Origin: Escherichia phage PhiNW-B1
Strand: one strand, 5' to 3'
DNA length: 40,478 nucleotides
Sequence record: PQ476010.1
Notes under the pieces: model-generated
Database searches by the model: none
The model's input: the letters and a program-made list of their open reading frames with translations, nothing else
Told to the model about the DNA's origin: nothing
Position numbers and translations under genes: made by a program
In this document: piece after piece, positions 25,939 to 36,000 of the stretch
Numbering within the stretch: the first letter of the stretch is position 1
How the letters are laid out: each line of letters begins with the position of its first letter

Positions 25939-26069
25939 GCACATTTAGCCAACCTAACGTCGCTACAGTAGCGGCTGCACCTGAAGAGGGGACTCTAACT
26001 CCTCAGCAGAAAGCTGCGCGTACTCGTGCTGCGAACAGGGCCGCTAAACTGGCTGAGTCCAACAACTAA
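24895..26069 (+). CDS. 10B: minor capsid protein 10B by programmed -1 ribosomal frameshift near 25917-25923
   Basis: GGTTTTC at 25917-25923 about 15 nt before the 10A stop; the -1 frame is open for 50 more codons to TAA 26067-26069, just before the terminator; T7 makes 10B this way. Confidence 0.6.
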
Positions 26070-26072
26070 TTG

Positions 26073-26112
26073 AAACCCCTTGGGTGCCTTCGGGTGCTTG
26101 AGGGGTTTTTTG
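26073..26112 (+). terminator. Tphi-like late terminator
   Basis: long hairpin AACCCCTTGGGTGCC-TTCG-GGTGCTTGAGGGGTT with UUCG tetraloop (26089-26092) then TTTTTTG; resembles T7 Tphi by recall. Confidence 0.8.
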
Positions 26113-26126
26113 CTTAAGGAGGGACT

Positions 26127-26216
26127 ATGGTCCTTATTTACACAGGGTTAGCACTATTCGTCTTATTCTGGGCGTACCTGCTGTCCAGCTCACCGTCTAG
26201 CGCCTATGACCGTTAA
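26127..26216 (+). CDS. 29-codon hydrophobic mini-ORF between terminator and gene 11, existence uncertain
   Basis: AAGGAGG 4 nt upstream of ATG; MVLIYTGLALFVLFWAYLLSSSPSSAYDR. Confidence 0.25.
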   Translation: MVLIYTGLALFVLFWAYLLSSSPSSAYDR

Positions 26217-26227
26217 GGAGTAAACCT

Positions 26228-26794
26228 ATGGCTCAATACATTCCACTGAATGCTAACGATGACTTAGATGCCATCAACGATATGTTAGCTGCTATCGGTG
26301 AACCAGCAGTCCTACAGCTTGACGAAGGCAATGCTGACGTCTCGAATGCTCAACGTATCCTGCATCGTGTCAATCGTCAGGTCCAAGCTAAAGGATGGAA
26401 CTTTAACATTAATGAAGCTGCTGTCCTGACACCTGATGTCCAAGACAATAGGATTCGATTCTTGCCGTCATACCTTCGTATAATGACCGCTGGGGCCACC
26501 AGCTACTACAGCAACATGGGTGGATACCTGTACGACCTATCCACTCAGTCAACCACTTTCACCGACCCTATCACAGTAGAGCTTGTGGAGATGAAGCCAT
26601 TCTCCGAGATGCCTGTGGTCTTCAGGGACTACATCGTCACTAAAGCTAGCCGTGAGTTCAACGCTAAGTTCTTCGGTAGCCTAGAGTCTGAACTGTACCT
26701 TCGTGAGCAGGAAGCAGAACTCTATCAGCAGGTCATGGAATACGAGATGGATACTGGTCGCTACAACATGATGTCCGACATTGGGAGGGACTAA
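26228..26794 (+). CDS. 11: tail tubular protein A (T7 gp11 homolog)
   Basis: 188 aa; position and size; RBS TAAGGAG. Confidence 0.9.
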   Translation: MAQYIPLNANDDLDAINDMLAAIGEPAVLQLDEGNADVSNAQRILHRVNRQVQAKGWNFNINEAAVLTPDVQDNRIRFLPSYLRIMTAGATSYYSNMGGYLYDLSTQSTTFTDPITVELVEMKPFSEMPVVFRDYIVTKASREFNAKFFGSLESELYLREQEAELYQQVMEYEMDTGRYNMMSDIGRD

Positions 26795-29151
26795 TGCCGC
26801 TTATTACGCAAAGCATAAAAAATCTTAAGGGTGGCATTAGCCAACAGCCTGACATCCTGAGGTTCTCAGACCAAGGAGAGGCACAGGTTAACTGCTGGTC
26901 ATCCGAGAGTGATGGACTCCAGAAGCGCCCACCTACAGTCTTCAAGCGACGTCTTAACATCGACGTTGGGAGCAACCCTAAGTTCCACCTGATTAACCGT
27001 GACGAGCATGAGCAGTATTACATCGTGTTCAATGGGTCCAACATTCAGGTAGTTGACTTGAGTGGTAATCAATACTCAGTGTCAGGTGCTGTAGACTACG
27101 TTAAGTCCTCCAACCCACGAGATGACATCCGTGTCGTTACCGTGGCAGACTATACGTTCGTCGTTAACCGTAAGGTTGTCGTCAAAGGTGGAAGCGAGAA
27201 GTCACACTCTGGTTATAACCGCAAAGCACGAGCTTTAATTAACCTACGTGGTGGACAGTATGGTCGAACCCTTAAGGTGGGAATCAACGGTGGCGTTAAG
27301 GTCTCGCATAAGCTACCAGCAGGTAATGATGCCGAGAATGACCCGCCTAAGGTGGACGCTCAAGCCATTGGTGCAGCTCTGAGAGACCTTCTTGTTACTG
27401 CCTACCCTACCTTCACGTTTGACCTTGGGTCTGGATTCCTGCTAATCACAGCTCCTTCAGGTACCGATATTAACTCAGTGGAGACGGAGGATGGCTACGC
27501 TAACCAGCTAATAAGCCCAGTCCTAGACACTGTGCAGACAATCTCTAAACTACCTCTTGCCGCTCCTAATGGGTATATCATTAAGATTCAAGGTGAGACA
27601 AACAGTAGCGCCGATGAATACTACGTGATGTATGACTCCAACACTAAGACGTGGAAGGAGACAGTGGAGCCGGGAGTTGTCACTGGGTTCGATAACACCA
27701 CAATGCCACACGCTCTGGTACGACAATCTGATGGCTCCTTTGAGTTCAAGGCTCTGGACTGGTCTAAGCGTGGTGCTGGTAATGATGACACAAACCCTAT
27801 GCCTAGCTTCATGGATGCTACGATTAACGATGTGTTCTTCTACAGGAACAGGCTAGGGTTCTTGTCAGGCGAGAACGTAATCATGAGCCGTTCAGCAAGC
27901 TACTTTGCTTTCTTCCCTAAGAGTGTGGCGACACTGAGTGATGATGACCCTATTGATGTAGCTGTAAGTCACCCTAGAATCTCAATCCTTAAGTATGCCG
28001 TTCCGTTTAGCGAGCAGCTACTACTTTGGTCAGATGAGGTGCAGTTCGTGATGACAAGCTCAGGGGTCCTTACCTCGAAGTCTATCCAGCTTGATGTAGG
28101 CTCAGAGTTTGCCTTAGGAGATAATGCCAGACCATTCGCTGTAGGACGCTCAGTCTTCTTCTCAGCGCCTCGTGGGTCATTCACCAGCATTAAGCGATAC
28201 TTCGCTGTAGCAGATGTGTCTGACGTGAAGGATGCCGATGATACCACTGGTCACGTACTATCCTATATCCCTAACGGGGTGTTTGACATTCAGGGAACAG
28301 GGACTGAGAACTACATCTGCGTCAACTCTACAGGTGCATACAACCGAATCTACATCTACAAGTTCTTGTTTAAGGACGGCGTACAACTTCAAGCCTCTTG
28401 GTCGCACTGGGAGTTCCCTAAAGCTGATAAGATTCTGGCGTCTGCGTCGATTGGCTCTACCATGTTCATTGTTCGTCAGCACCAAGGCGGCGTGGACCTT
28501 GAGCACCTTAAGTTCATCAAGGAGGCAACTGACTTTCCGTCAGAGCCATATAGACTCCACGTTGACTCCAAGGTGTCTATGGTAATCCCAATTGGCTCAT
28601 ATAACGCTGACACCTATGAGACTACGGTCGACATTGGTTCTGCTTATGGTGGAAACGCTCCGTCTCCCGGTCGGTACTATCTGATTGACAGTCAGGGTGC
28701 CTATGTGGACCTTGGTGAACTGACCGACATCTCAACTGTGGCTATACTCAATGGCGATTGGTCGGGACGTACAGTGTTCATCGGACGGTCTTATCTGATG
28801 TCCTACAAGTTCTCACGGTTCCTGATTAAGATTGAAGATGAGAGTGGCACTCAGTCTGAAGACACTGGACGTCTACAACTTCGCAGGGCTTGGGTCAACT
28901 ACAAGGACACTGGCGCTCTTAGACTCATTGTCAGAAACGGTGAGCGGGAGTTCGTGAACACCTTTAATGGGTACACCCTTGGTCAGCAAACCATCGGGAC
29001 TACCAACATTGGGGATGGACAGTATCGCTTCGCTATGAATGGTAACGCATTAACCACGAGCCTAACCTTAGAGTCAGACTATCCTACCCCAGTGTCCATC
29101 GTTGGGTGTGGCTGGGAGGCGTCATACGCTAAGAAAGCTCGTTCCGTCTAA
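26794..29151 (+). CDS. 12: tail tubular protein B (T7 gp12 homolog)
   Basis: 785 aa (T7 794); N-terminus MPLITQSIKNLKGGISQQP resembles T7 gp12 by recall. Confidence 0.95.
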   Translation: MPLITQSIKNLKGGISQQPDILRFSDQGEAQVNCWSSESDGLQKRPPTVFKRRLNIDVGSNPKFHLINRDEHEQYYIVFNGSNIQVVDLSGNQYSVSGAVDYVKSSNPRDDIRVVTVADYTFVVNRKVVVKGGSEKSHSGYNRKARALINLRGGQYGRTLKVGINGGVKVSHKLPAGNDAENDPPKVDAQAIGAALRDLLVTAYPTFTFDLGSGFLLITAPSGTDINSVETEDGYANQLISPVLDTVQTISKLPLAAPNGYIIKIQGETNSSADEYYVMYDSNTKTWKETVEPGVVTGFDNTTMPHALVRQSDGSFEFKALDWSKRGAGNDDTNPMPSFMDATINDVFFYRNRLGFLSGENVIMSRSASYFAFFPKSVATLSDDDPIDVAVSHPRISILKYAVPFSEQLLLWSDEVQFVMTSSGVLTSKSIQLDVGSEFALGDNARPFAVGRSVFFSAPRGSFTSIKRYFAVADVSDVKDADDTTGHVLSYIPNGVFDIQGTGTENYICVNSTGAYNRIYIYKFLFKDGVQLQASWSHWEFPKADKILASASIGSTMFIVRQHQGGVDLEHLKFIKEATDFPSEPYRLHVDSKVSMVIPIGSYNADTYETTVDIGSAYGGNAPSPGRYYLIDSQGAYVDLGELTDISTVAILNGDWSGRTVFIGRSYLMSYKFSRFLIKIEDESGTQSEDTGRLQLRRAWVNYKDTGALRLIVRNGEREFVNTFNGYTLGQQTIGTTNIGDGQYRFAMNGNALTTSLTLESDYPTPVSIVGCGWEASYAKKARSV

Positions 29152-29158
29152 CTTATTG

Positions 29159-29208
29159 AAGGGCCTATAGATTTACCTTAACTATCACTATAGGGACTAT
29201 AGGCCCTT
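29159..29208 (+). repeat. 12-bp perfect inverted repeat (AAGGGCCTATAG / CTATAGGCCCTT) enclosing the phi13 promoter
   Basis: arms 29159-29170 and 29197-29208 exact reverse complements; 26-nt loop contains promoter -17..+4. Confidence 0.85.
29176..29198 (+). promoter_or_regulatory. phage RNAP promoter (phi13-like), +1 G at 29193
   Basis: CCTTAACTATCACTATAGGGACT. Confidence 0.75.
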
Positions 29209-29227
29209 AAGGTTATAAGGAGACTTT

Positions 29228-29698
29228 ATGTATATTCGCAAGGCTACGGAACCAGATGTCCACTACTTTCTGTGGCATCTTTCAGCAGATGATGTTAATG
29301 AGTGCAAAGCAAACTATGGGTCAACCGTTGGTCTCTCTGAGAGACTGCTTAAGCATCTATCTCCTTCATCTGTGGTTTTAACGAACTGTGTAGGCGAAGT
29401 GTTTGCCTATGGTGGAAACCAAGGGGATAACGTATGGTTCTTGACTTCAAGTCTTGTCGAAAGGTTAAGTCCGAAAGACAAGCGGGAGTTCATTCAGCGC
29501 ATCTCTGAGTACAGGGACTTAATGTTAGACCAATACGGGACCATCTGGAACTACGTGTGGTCAGGCAATAAGTCTCACATTAGATTCTTGCGGTTACTGG
29601 GAGCTAAGTTCCACCATGATGCGACTATCAGTCCAGTAACAGGTGAGCGTTTTCAATTATTCACAATCTCTAAGGAGGACGTATGTGCGAACCCGTAA
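29228..29698 (+). CDS. 13: internal virion protein (gp13-position)
   Basis: 156-aa ORF after phi13 with RBS AAGGAGA; position-based. Confidence 0.75.
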   Translation: MYIRKATEPDVHYFLWHLSADDVNECKANYGSTVGLSERLLKHLSPSSVVLTNCVGEVFAYGGNQGDNVWFLTSSLVERLSPKDKREFIQRISEYRDLMLDQYGTIWNYVWSGNKSHIRFLRLLGAKFHHDATISPVTGERFQLFTISKEDVCANP

Positions 29699-30270
29699 GT
29701 ATCGGTTTAGGTATCATGGCTGTAGCCGGGGCCACTATGTCCGCATCTCAACAGGCCAAAGCTGAGGGTGCTGCTATCGACGCTCAGAACAGACAGGCTC
29801 AGGAAATGGTTAAGCAGATGAACTACTCTGACGCCAACCTGAAGATGCAGGAGCGAGACCTGAAGGAGCAGCAGATGGCTGAACTGACAGAGACCACGTT
29901 AAATGGTATCCGCAATCAGGGTATGGTCCGAGCTGCTGTAGCTGAGTCCGGTCTGGAAGGCAACTCTATGGACAGGATTGAACGTCAGGTCGCTGGAGAC
30001 ACGGTCAAGGAGAGAGCCGGGATTACCGAAAGCTACAACCGTGACTATGCGGCTATCTTCGGGAACCGTATCGCCAACATTGAGAACACCAAGTCTGCTA
30101 TCCGTGGTCAAGGTAAAATCATCAAGACCAGCCCACTAGCTCATGCACTTAATGTTGCTAACGCCGGGATGCAGGGGTACGCTGCTGGTAAGTCAATATC
30201 TGGGGCATCAAGCTCTGGTGGTTCTGCACCGATTAGTGCTGCTAAAGGCGCACCTACAGGTCATAGCTAA
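29683..30270 (+). CDS. 14: internal virion protein A (T7 gp14 homolog)
   Basis: 195 aa (T7 196); MC...I..G..A.S..Q..A and overall pattern similar by recall. Confidence 0.85.
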   Translation: MCEPVSIGLGIMAVAGATMSASQQAKAEGAAIDAQNRQAQEMVKQMNYSDANLKMQERDLKEQQMAELTETTLNGIRNQGMVRAAVAESGLEGNSMDRIERQVAGDTVKERAGITESYNRDYAAIFGNRIANIENTKSAIRGQGKIIKTSPLAHALNVANAGMQGYAAGKSISGASSSGGSAPISAAKGAPTGHS

Positions 30271-30281
30271 GAGGAGGACTA

Positions 30282-32564
30282 ATGGCTAGTAATATTGAAT
30301 CAGCTCTGGCTAATCGGACTATGGGTCGTGGCAGAGCGCCGGGTAAAACTATCGCCGTCAACTATCAAGCAGCCAGCGTTCAGGCTCCGACTGGTGACTC
30401 CGGTCTGGCCCGTGCGTTAACCAACTTCGTTGAGTCTGGAACTGGATTGTACAAGCAGTTCAAAGATGATGAGAAGACGCGGGCTGACGAGAGGTCTAAC
30501 GAGATTATCCGTAAGCTGACCCCTCAGCAGAGACGAGAGGCTATCCAGAACGGGACACTGCTGTATCAGGACGACCCGTATGCTATGGAAGCACTTCGAG
30601 TCAAGACAGGTCGTAACGCTGCCTTTGCGGTGGATGACGAGATTAACGTTAAGATTCAGAACGGTGAGTTCCGTACACGTCAGGACATGGAAGAGTATCG
30701 CCACCAGCGACTTCAGGACGCCGCTAAGTCCTATGCTGAAGAGGCGGGTATTAACCCTACAGATGAGTTCTTCCAGCGCGGGTTCAACGATAACATCACA
30801 GACCGAAACATCGCTATCTATGGGTCTTTCAATAAGTATTTCAGTAAGCAGTCTGAAGAGACAGCAATGTTGAATACTCGTATTGAGATGAACTCATTCC
30901 TGAACGATGGCGACCTGATGCGTTCACCTGAGTCTGGCAAGACCTTCATGGCCTACCTTCGTGATGGACTAACTACTGCTGCTATCCCTTCGGACCAGCG
31001 AGCACGGGAGGTAATTACCCAGACGGTCCGTGACGCAATCCAGAAGTCAGGCGGCTCCAACTTCCTACAGCAAGTACGAGGCGAGCGAATCACCCTTAAC
31101 GGTGTGGATGCTACAGTCGAAGAGATTGTAGGACCTGATGTCTTCAACGCTGCTATTGTTGAGGCGCAAGGAACTGAGTACAAGCTGGTGGCTAAGTATC
31201 AGGAGGACTTAGCGTTAGGCGTTCAGTCTGCGATTCTTCAGGACGACCCAACCATCGGTCTGGACCAGATTCAGAAACTCAAGGAGCAGAACAACCTGCT
31301 TCAACCGGGTGAAGAACTCACGCCTCAGCGTCAGATGCTTATTAATGCCGAAGCCAGCTTGCTTGAAGCGGTAAAGCGTAAGTCTGCTGAACAGGCGAAG
31401 GAGAACACTAAGTTAATCCAGACTCAGAACAAGCAACTGGTAATTGACCAAGTGTATCAGCGACGTCTGGCTGGGGACAACGTGTCCACCAACTATGAGG
31501 ACCTTCCAGTCTCAGATGCTACAGGCGAGTTCAAGCGTTCTGACATGAACAACTATGCGTCTGCCAAGCTACAGCAGATTGACCAGATGGACATACCTGA
31601 GGCTGCTAAAGACGCTCAGAAGGTGGCATTGTTAAGAGCTGACACTAACAACGGTCCGTTCCGTAATGCCTTCCAGACTCTAACTCAGGACGCTGCTGGC
31701 GAGTGGCAAGCTGCGGTCATCCGGGGACAGTACGACCCAGACAAGATGCAACGCTTCGAGTCTCTTCGTCGTGCCTACACTCAGGACCCTTCAAGTTTTG
31801 CAGCTCTGTATCCTGACCAAGCTCAGTTGTTCTCTACGTTCGACCAGATGGACAAGATGGGTCTGGACCCTCAGACGATGATTGAAGCTGATAAGCAAGC
31901 TGCAAGTCAAAGCCGTGAGATGCGAATGGAGTCAGACAAGGCGTGGCAGGAGTTGAAGAACGACTCCAAGAACACCCAGTTGTCTCGCCTCCCAACGTCT
32001 CTGGACTCAAGTGCTCGTAAGGTCTGGGACTCATGGTACTATCGTACAGGGAACGCTGACGCTGCAACTCAGCAGACTCAACGCTGGCTTAACGAGAACA
32101 CCGTAACGTTCCAATCTGAAGGTTCGGACGGTAAGTCCATCGGCATGGTGTCCAAACACCAGCTTATGGTCGGGGATAACCCAGAGTCGTGGCAGGTGGG
32201 TCGAGACATTATCGACACAGCTCGTCAGCAGCTCATTAAGGCCAACCCTTGGGTAGTGAACTCTCAGCTCTCCGTAGTTGAGCAGAACGGCTCGGTCTTC
32301 CTTCAGGACGCTACCGGGACTATTCGTATTCGATACGATAAAGAGCTGGTAGGCAAACTGTACCGTGAACAGCAGAAGCAAGCCGAGGATAAAGCCTACG
32401 CTGAGGCCGAACGTAAAGCCAACACCCGCGCTCGCATTGTCGAGACTAAAGCGGCTGGTGATAAGCGTCGTAACGAGCGTGAAGCTAATATCCAGAAACG
32501 GGGCGGTATGTACAGCGATGTCTCTCTGGAGGGTATCGCAAACACCTTAATCGGTAAGGAGTAA
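30282..32564 (+). CDS. 15: internal virion protein B (T7 gp15 homolog)
   Basis: 760 aa (T7 747); position. Confidence 0.9.
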   Translation: MASNIESALANRTMGRGRAPGKTIAVNYQAASVQAPTGDSGLARALTNFVESGTGLYKQFKDDEKTRADERSNEIIRKLTPQQRREAIQNGTLLYQDDPYAMEALRVKTGRNAAFAVDDEINVKIQNGEFRTRQDMEEYRHQRLQDAAKSYAEEAGINPTDEFFQRGFNDNITDRNIAIYGSFNKYFSKQSEETAMLNTRIEMNSFLNDGDLMRSPESGKTFMAYLRDGLTTAAIPSDQRAREVITQTVRDAIQKSGGSNFLQQVRGERITLNGVDATVEEIVGPDVFNAAIVEAQGTEYKLVAKYQEDLALGVQSAILQDDPTIGLDQIQKLKEQNNLLQPGEELTPQRQMLINAEASLLEAVKRKSAEQAKENTKLIQTQNKQLVIDQVYQRRLAGDNVSTNYEDLPVSDATGEFKRSDMNNYASAKLQQIDQMDIPEAAKDAQKVALLRADTNNGPFRNAFQTLTQDAAGEWQAAVIRGQYDPDKMQRFESLRRAYTQDPSSFAALYPDQAQLFSTFDQMDKMGLDPQTMIEADKQAASQSREMRMESDKAWQELKNDSKNTQLSRLPTSLDSSARKVWDSWYYRTGNADAATQQTQRWLNENTVTFQSEGSDGKSIGMVSKHQLMVGDNPESWQVGRDIIDTARQQLIKANPWVVNSQLSVVEQNGSVFLQDATGTIRIRYDKELVGKLYREQQKQAEDKAYAEAERKANTRARIVETKAAGDKRRNEREANIQKRGGMYSDVSLEGIANTLIGKE

Positions 32565-32566
32565 AC

Positions 32567-33016
32567 ATGAAGAACGGGACAGCCAGTGAGAGACTGGCAG
32601 AACTGTCAGTAGCTGAAGAGTCTGGCTGTATCCGCTTCACCGGAAGCATTGAGAAGTCCGGGTACGGAAGGATAATGGTCAACAGGGTCAAATACGGAGC
32701 GCATAGACTTGCTTACGAGCTTGCTAACGGTCCTATACCCGATGGGTACGTTGTTCGCCATAAGTGCGACAACCCGTCCTGTATAAACCCAAGCCACCTT
32801 GAAGTCGGCACCCAAGCTGATAACATAAAGGATAAGGTGACTAGAGGTCGCCAAGCGTCAGGATGCTCCATAGGAGTATCTAAGCTCACTGAGGAAAGTG
32901 TGCGTGACATAAGGTCCAGCGACCTAAAGGTTTCACTCTTGGCTGAACGCTATGGAGTGAGTACGGTTTCTATTAGAAATATCTTGAGGAGAAAGACATG
33001 GCAACACGTGGAGTAA
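32567..33016 (+). CDS. HNH homing endonuclease inserted between genes 15 and 16
   Basis: motif VVRHKCDNPSCINPSHLEVGTQADN (HNH with Cys/His ligands); TAAGGAG RBS; packed with 2-nt gap to gene 15 and 19-nt overlap into gene 16. Confidence 0.85.
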   Translation: MKNGTASERLAELSVAEESGCIRFTGSIEKSGYGRIMVNRVKYGAHRLAYELANGPIPDGYVVRHKCDNPSCINPSHLEVGTQADNIKDKVTRGRQASGCSIGVSKLTEESVRDIRSSDLKVSLLAERYGVSTVSIRNILRRKTWQHVE

Positions 33017-36000
33017 GGAACGCAAATCCGGGCAATATCCGTAAGTCAAAAGACCAATGGGAAGGTGCTGTTGGCGATGACGGTGCATTCGTTATCTTCG
33101 ATAGTCCTGAATCTGGAGTAAGAGCATTAGCGAAAAACCTTCAAAGCTACGGTCGACAGGGCTATGACTCAATCGAGAAGATTATCAACCGCTGGGCACC
33201 ACCTAACGAGAACGACACTCAGTCCTACATCGACTCGGTTGTGGCTGCGACTGGTATTCCTGCAACCCAAAGTATCGACCTGAGCAACCCTGATGTACTC
33301 GCCTCTCTGTCTGAGGCTATCGGCTACCATGAGACTGGTTCCCGGTATGACCCTGAGGTCTACAAGACTGGCGTATCTCGTGCCTTAAGTGGTGCTGGAG
33401 GCATCACCCCAAAGACCTCACCAGTAAGCGCTAACGTCTTCGACGCTCTCACGGAGGGCTTGAAGTCGAAACCTAAAGTCGCTCTGGGAGAGAACCTTCC
33501 GGGCGTTACTGGTATGAACATCGAAGGTCAAGCACCTGAGGCTCCCAACGAGTCCTTCGGAGAGATGTTCTATAAGTCAACTGGCGAGACGCTGGACCAA
33601 CGGGCTGACCGCTCTACGTGGTTCGGCTTCGGTGGAGCTGCTGAGGCTGAAGTGAAGAACTCTATGGTCGGCGTGGCTATCCGCGCTGGTCAGACTGAGG
33701 ACTCACTGGATGTCATTGGCGATGTGTTCAACCCAACCCGATGGAACAACCATAAGTGGACTCGTGAGGAGCTGGACCAGATTCGTAACGCTGGGGTTCT
33801 GCCTCAGTATTACGGAGTCATTACTGGCGGCTCTCCTCAGAACCTGACTGAGCTTATTAACTTGGCGCTTGAGAACCAGAAGTTGGACCAAGAGAAGGCC
33901 AAGGCGGGGACTGGCGCTCAACTGGCGGCTGGTGTGATTGGTGCTGGCGTGGACCCTCTGACCTACGTTCCTATTGCTGGGCAGGTAGGTAAGGGCGGGA
34001 AGCTAATCAACAAGATGTTCACTGTGGCTGCTCAGTCTGGTGCTCTGGCTGGGGCATCCGAGATTGCTCGAACCTCAGTTGCTGGTGGGGACGCTCATGT
34101 GGCTGAGGCAATTATGGGCGGTGCTCTCTTCGGTGGGGGAATGACAGCTATCGGGGACGCTATCGGCAAGGCCTTAGGCAAGTCAACCAACGAGTTCGCC
34201 GGGCCAGCCACACGTCTGGAAGCCCGTGAGACTGCACGTAATGTTGATGGTCAGGACCTGTCGCGTATGCCAATCCGTGAAGGAGAGGAGACCTTTAGGC
34301 ATCAAGGAGTTAAGTTCGCTGACGTTCCGAATGAGCCGGGTAGTGTACGGCTTGAAGACGGCTCAATCCTGATTGGTGAGAACCCTCTGAACCCTAAGAC
34401 ACGTCAGGTCTTTGACGAAGTGATTGAGCCTGAACGGGCCGCTGCTGGTGTGAACCTTGGTGGTCTGACTGAGATTGGCCTGAAGCTGCTTCGGTCTGAG
34501 AACCCTGAGATTCGTGGAGTAGCTGCTGACTTAGTGCGTTCACCGACTGGTATGCAGTCTGGGGCATCAGGTAAAATCGGGACCACTGCGTCTGACGTAT
34601 TCGAGAGACTTCGTGCTGTGGACCATCGGTTCTACAACGACATCGACGATGCGGTTACTGAGGCACTAAAGGACCCGTACTTCCAGACAGCATTCTGGCG
34701 AGACTCTGGAGCATTCCGTCAGGACATCTACCAGCGCGTGTCTATGGCTATCGAAGATGGTAGCGGAAATCTGAAGGCTGAACTGACTCCTGGAGAACTG
34801 AAAGTCTATGACCTACTGAAGAACCAGTTTGACGCCAAGCGTGAGATGATGGAGAACCCGGCGATGTTTGGTCGTCCAGACGCTCAGTCTATCTTTCCGG
34901 GCAGCCGCTTCAAGGGAACATACGTCCCGCATGTGTATAGCAACCAGATGAAGGAGCTGTACATCAAGGAGCTTGGGAGTCCAGAGGCACTACAGGAGGC
35001 CATCAAGAAGTCATGGTTGACCAGCTATGCGTCTCGACCTGAGGTCAAGAAACGTGTGGACGAGGCACTCTTAGAGGCTGACCCTACGTTGACTCCAGAA
35101 GGACTTGCGGCTGCGGTCGATAAGTACGCCAACGATAAGGCTTATGGTATCTCTCACACCGAGCAGTTCGAGCGTTCATCCGTAATGGAAGAGAACATCA
35201 ATGGTCTGGTGGGTCTGGAGAACAACAGCTTCCTTGAGGCTCGTAACCTGTTCGATAGCGATATGTCAATCGTCCTACCTAACGGTCAGACCTTCAGTGT
35301 CAACAACCTGCGTGAGTGGGACATGGACAAGATTGTCCCGGCCTACAACCGTCGAGTTAATGGCGATATTGCTATCATGGCTGGTACAGGCAAGACCACG
35401 AAGGACATGAAGGACTTGGTTGAGACCATGATGAACAAGGCTGGGGATGACGGTAAGTTGAAAGGTGAAGTATCTACCTTACGTGACACTTTGAAGATTC
35501 TAACCGGTCGTGCTAGACGTGATGGTGCTGATGATGCGGCCTTCGCTACCGTGATGCGCACAATGACAGACCTATCGTTCTTCGCTAAGAATGCCTACAT
35601 GGGTGTTCAGAACTTAACGGAGATTGGTGGTATGCTGGCCCGTGGTAACGTTCGTGCAATGCTGCATGGAGTCCCAATTTTCCGTGACCTAGCCTTCCGT
35701 AACAAGAAAGTTGGGGCCTCAGAGATTAAGGACCTGCACAATGTTATCTTTGGTAAGGAGCTGGATGACTCAATCCGTCCGTCTAAACAGGATGTCATTG
35801 ACCGCCTGCGATCTTACAGTGACCTCGGTCGTGGTACAGCTACAGCTCTGGGGACTGCCAAGTATTACACTGGCGAACTTGCAGTACGCTCTCCGTTCAC
35901 TAAAGTCCTCAACGGTACGACCAACTACCTGTTAGATGCTGGACGTCAAGGCTTCCTGTCTGACATCGTGGAGCATAGCCTGACTGGTAGTAAGCGTAAG

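Noticed and set aside
22792-25944. Minus-strand ORFs inside the portal, scaffold and capsid genes (e.g. 22792-23244, 23901-24299, 25375-25944)
   Set aside because: Antisense to confidently assigned structural genes; no signals; typical chance ORFs in GC-balanced coding DNA.
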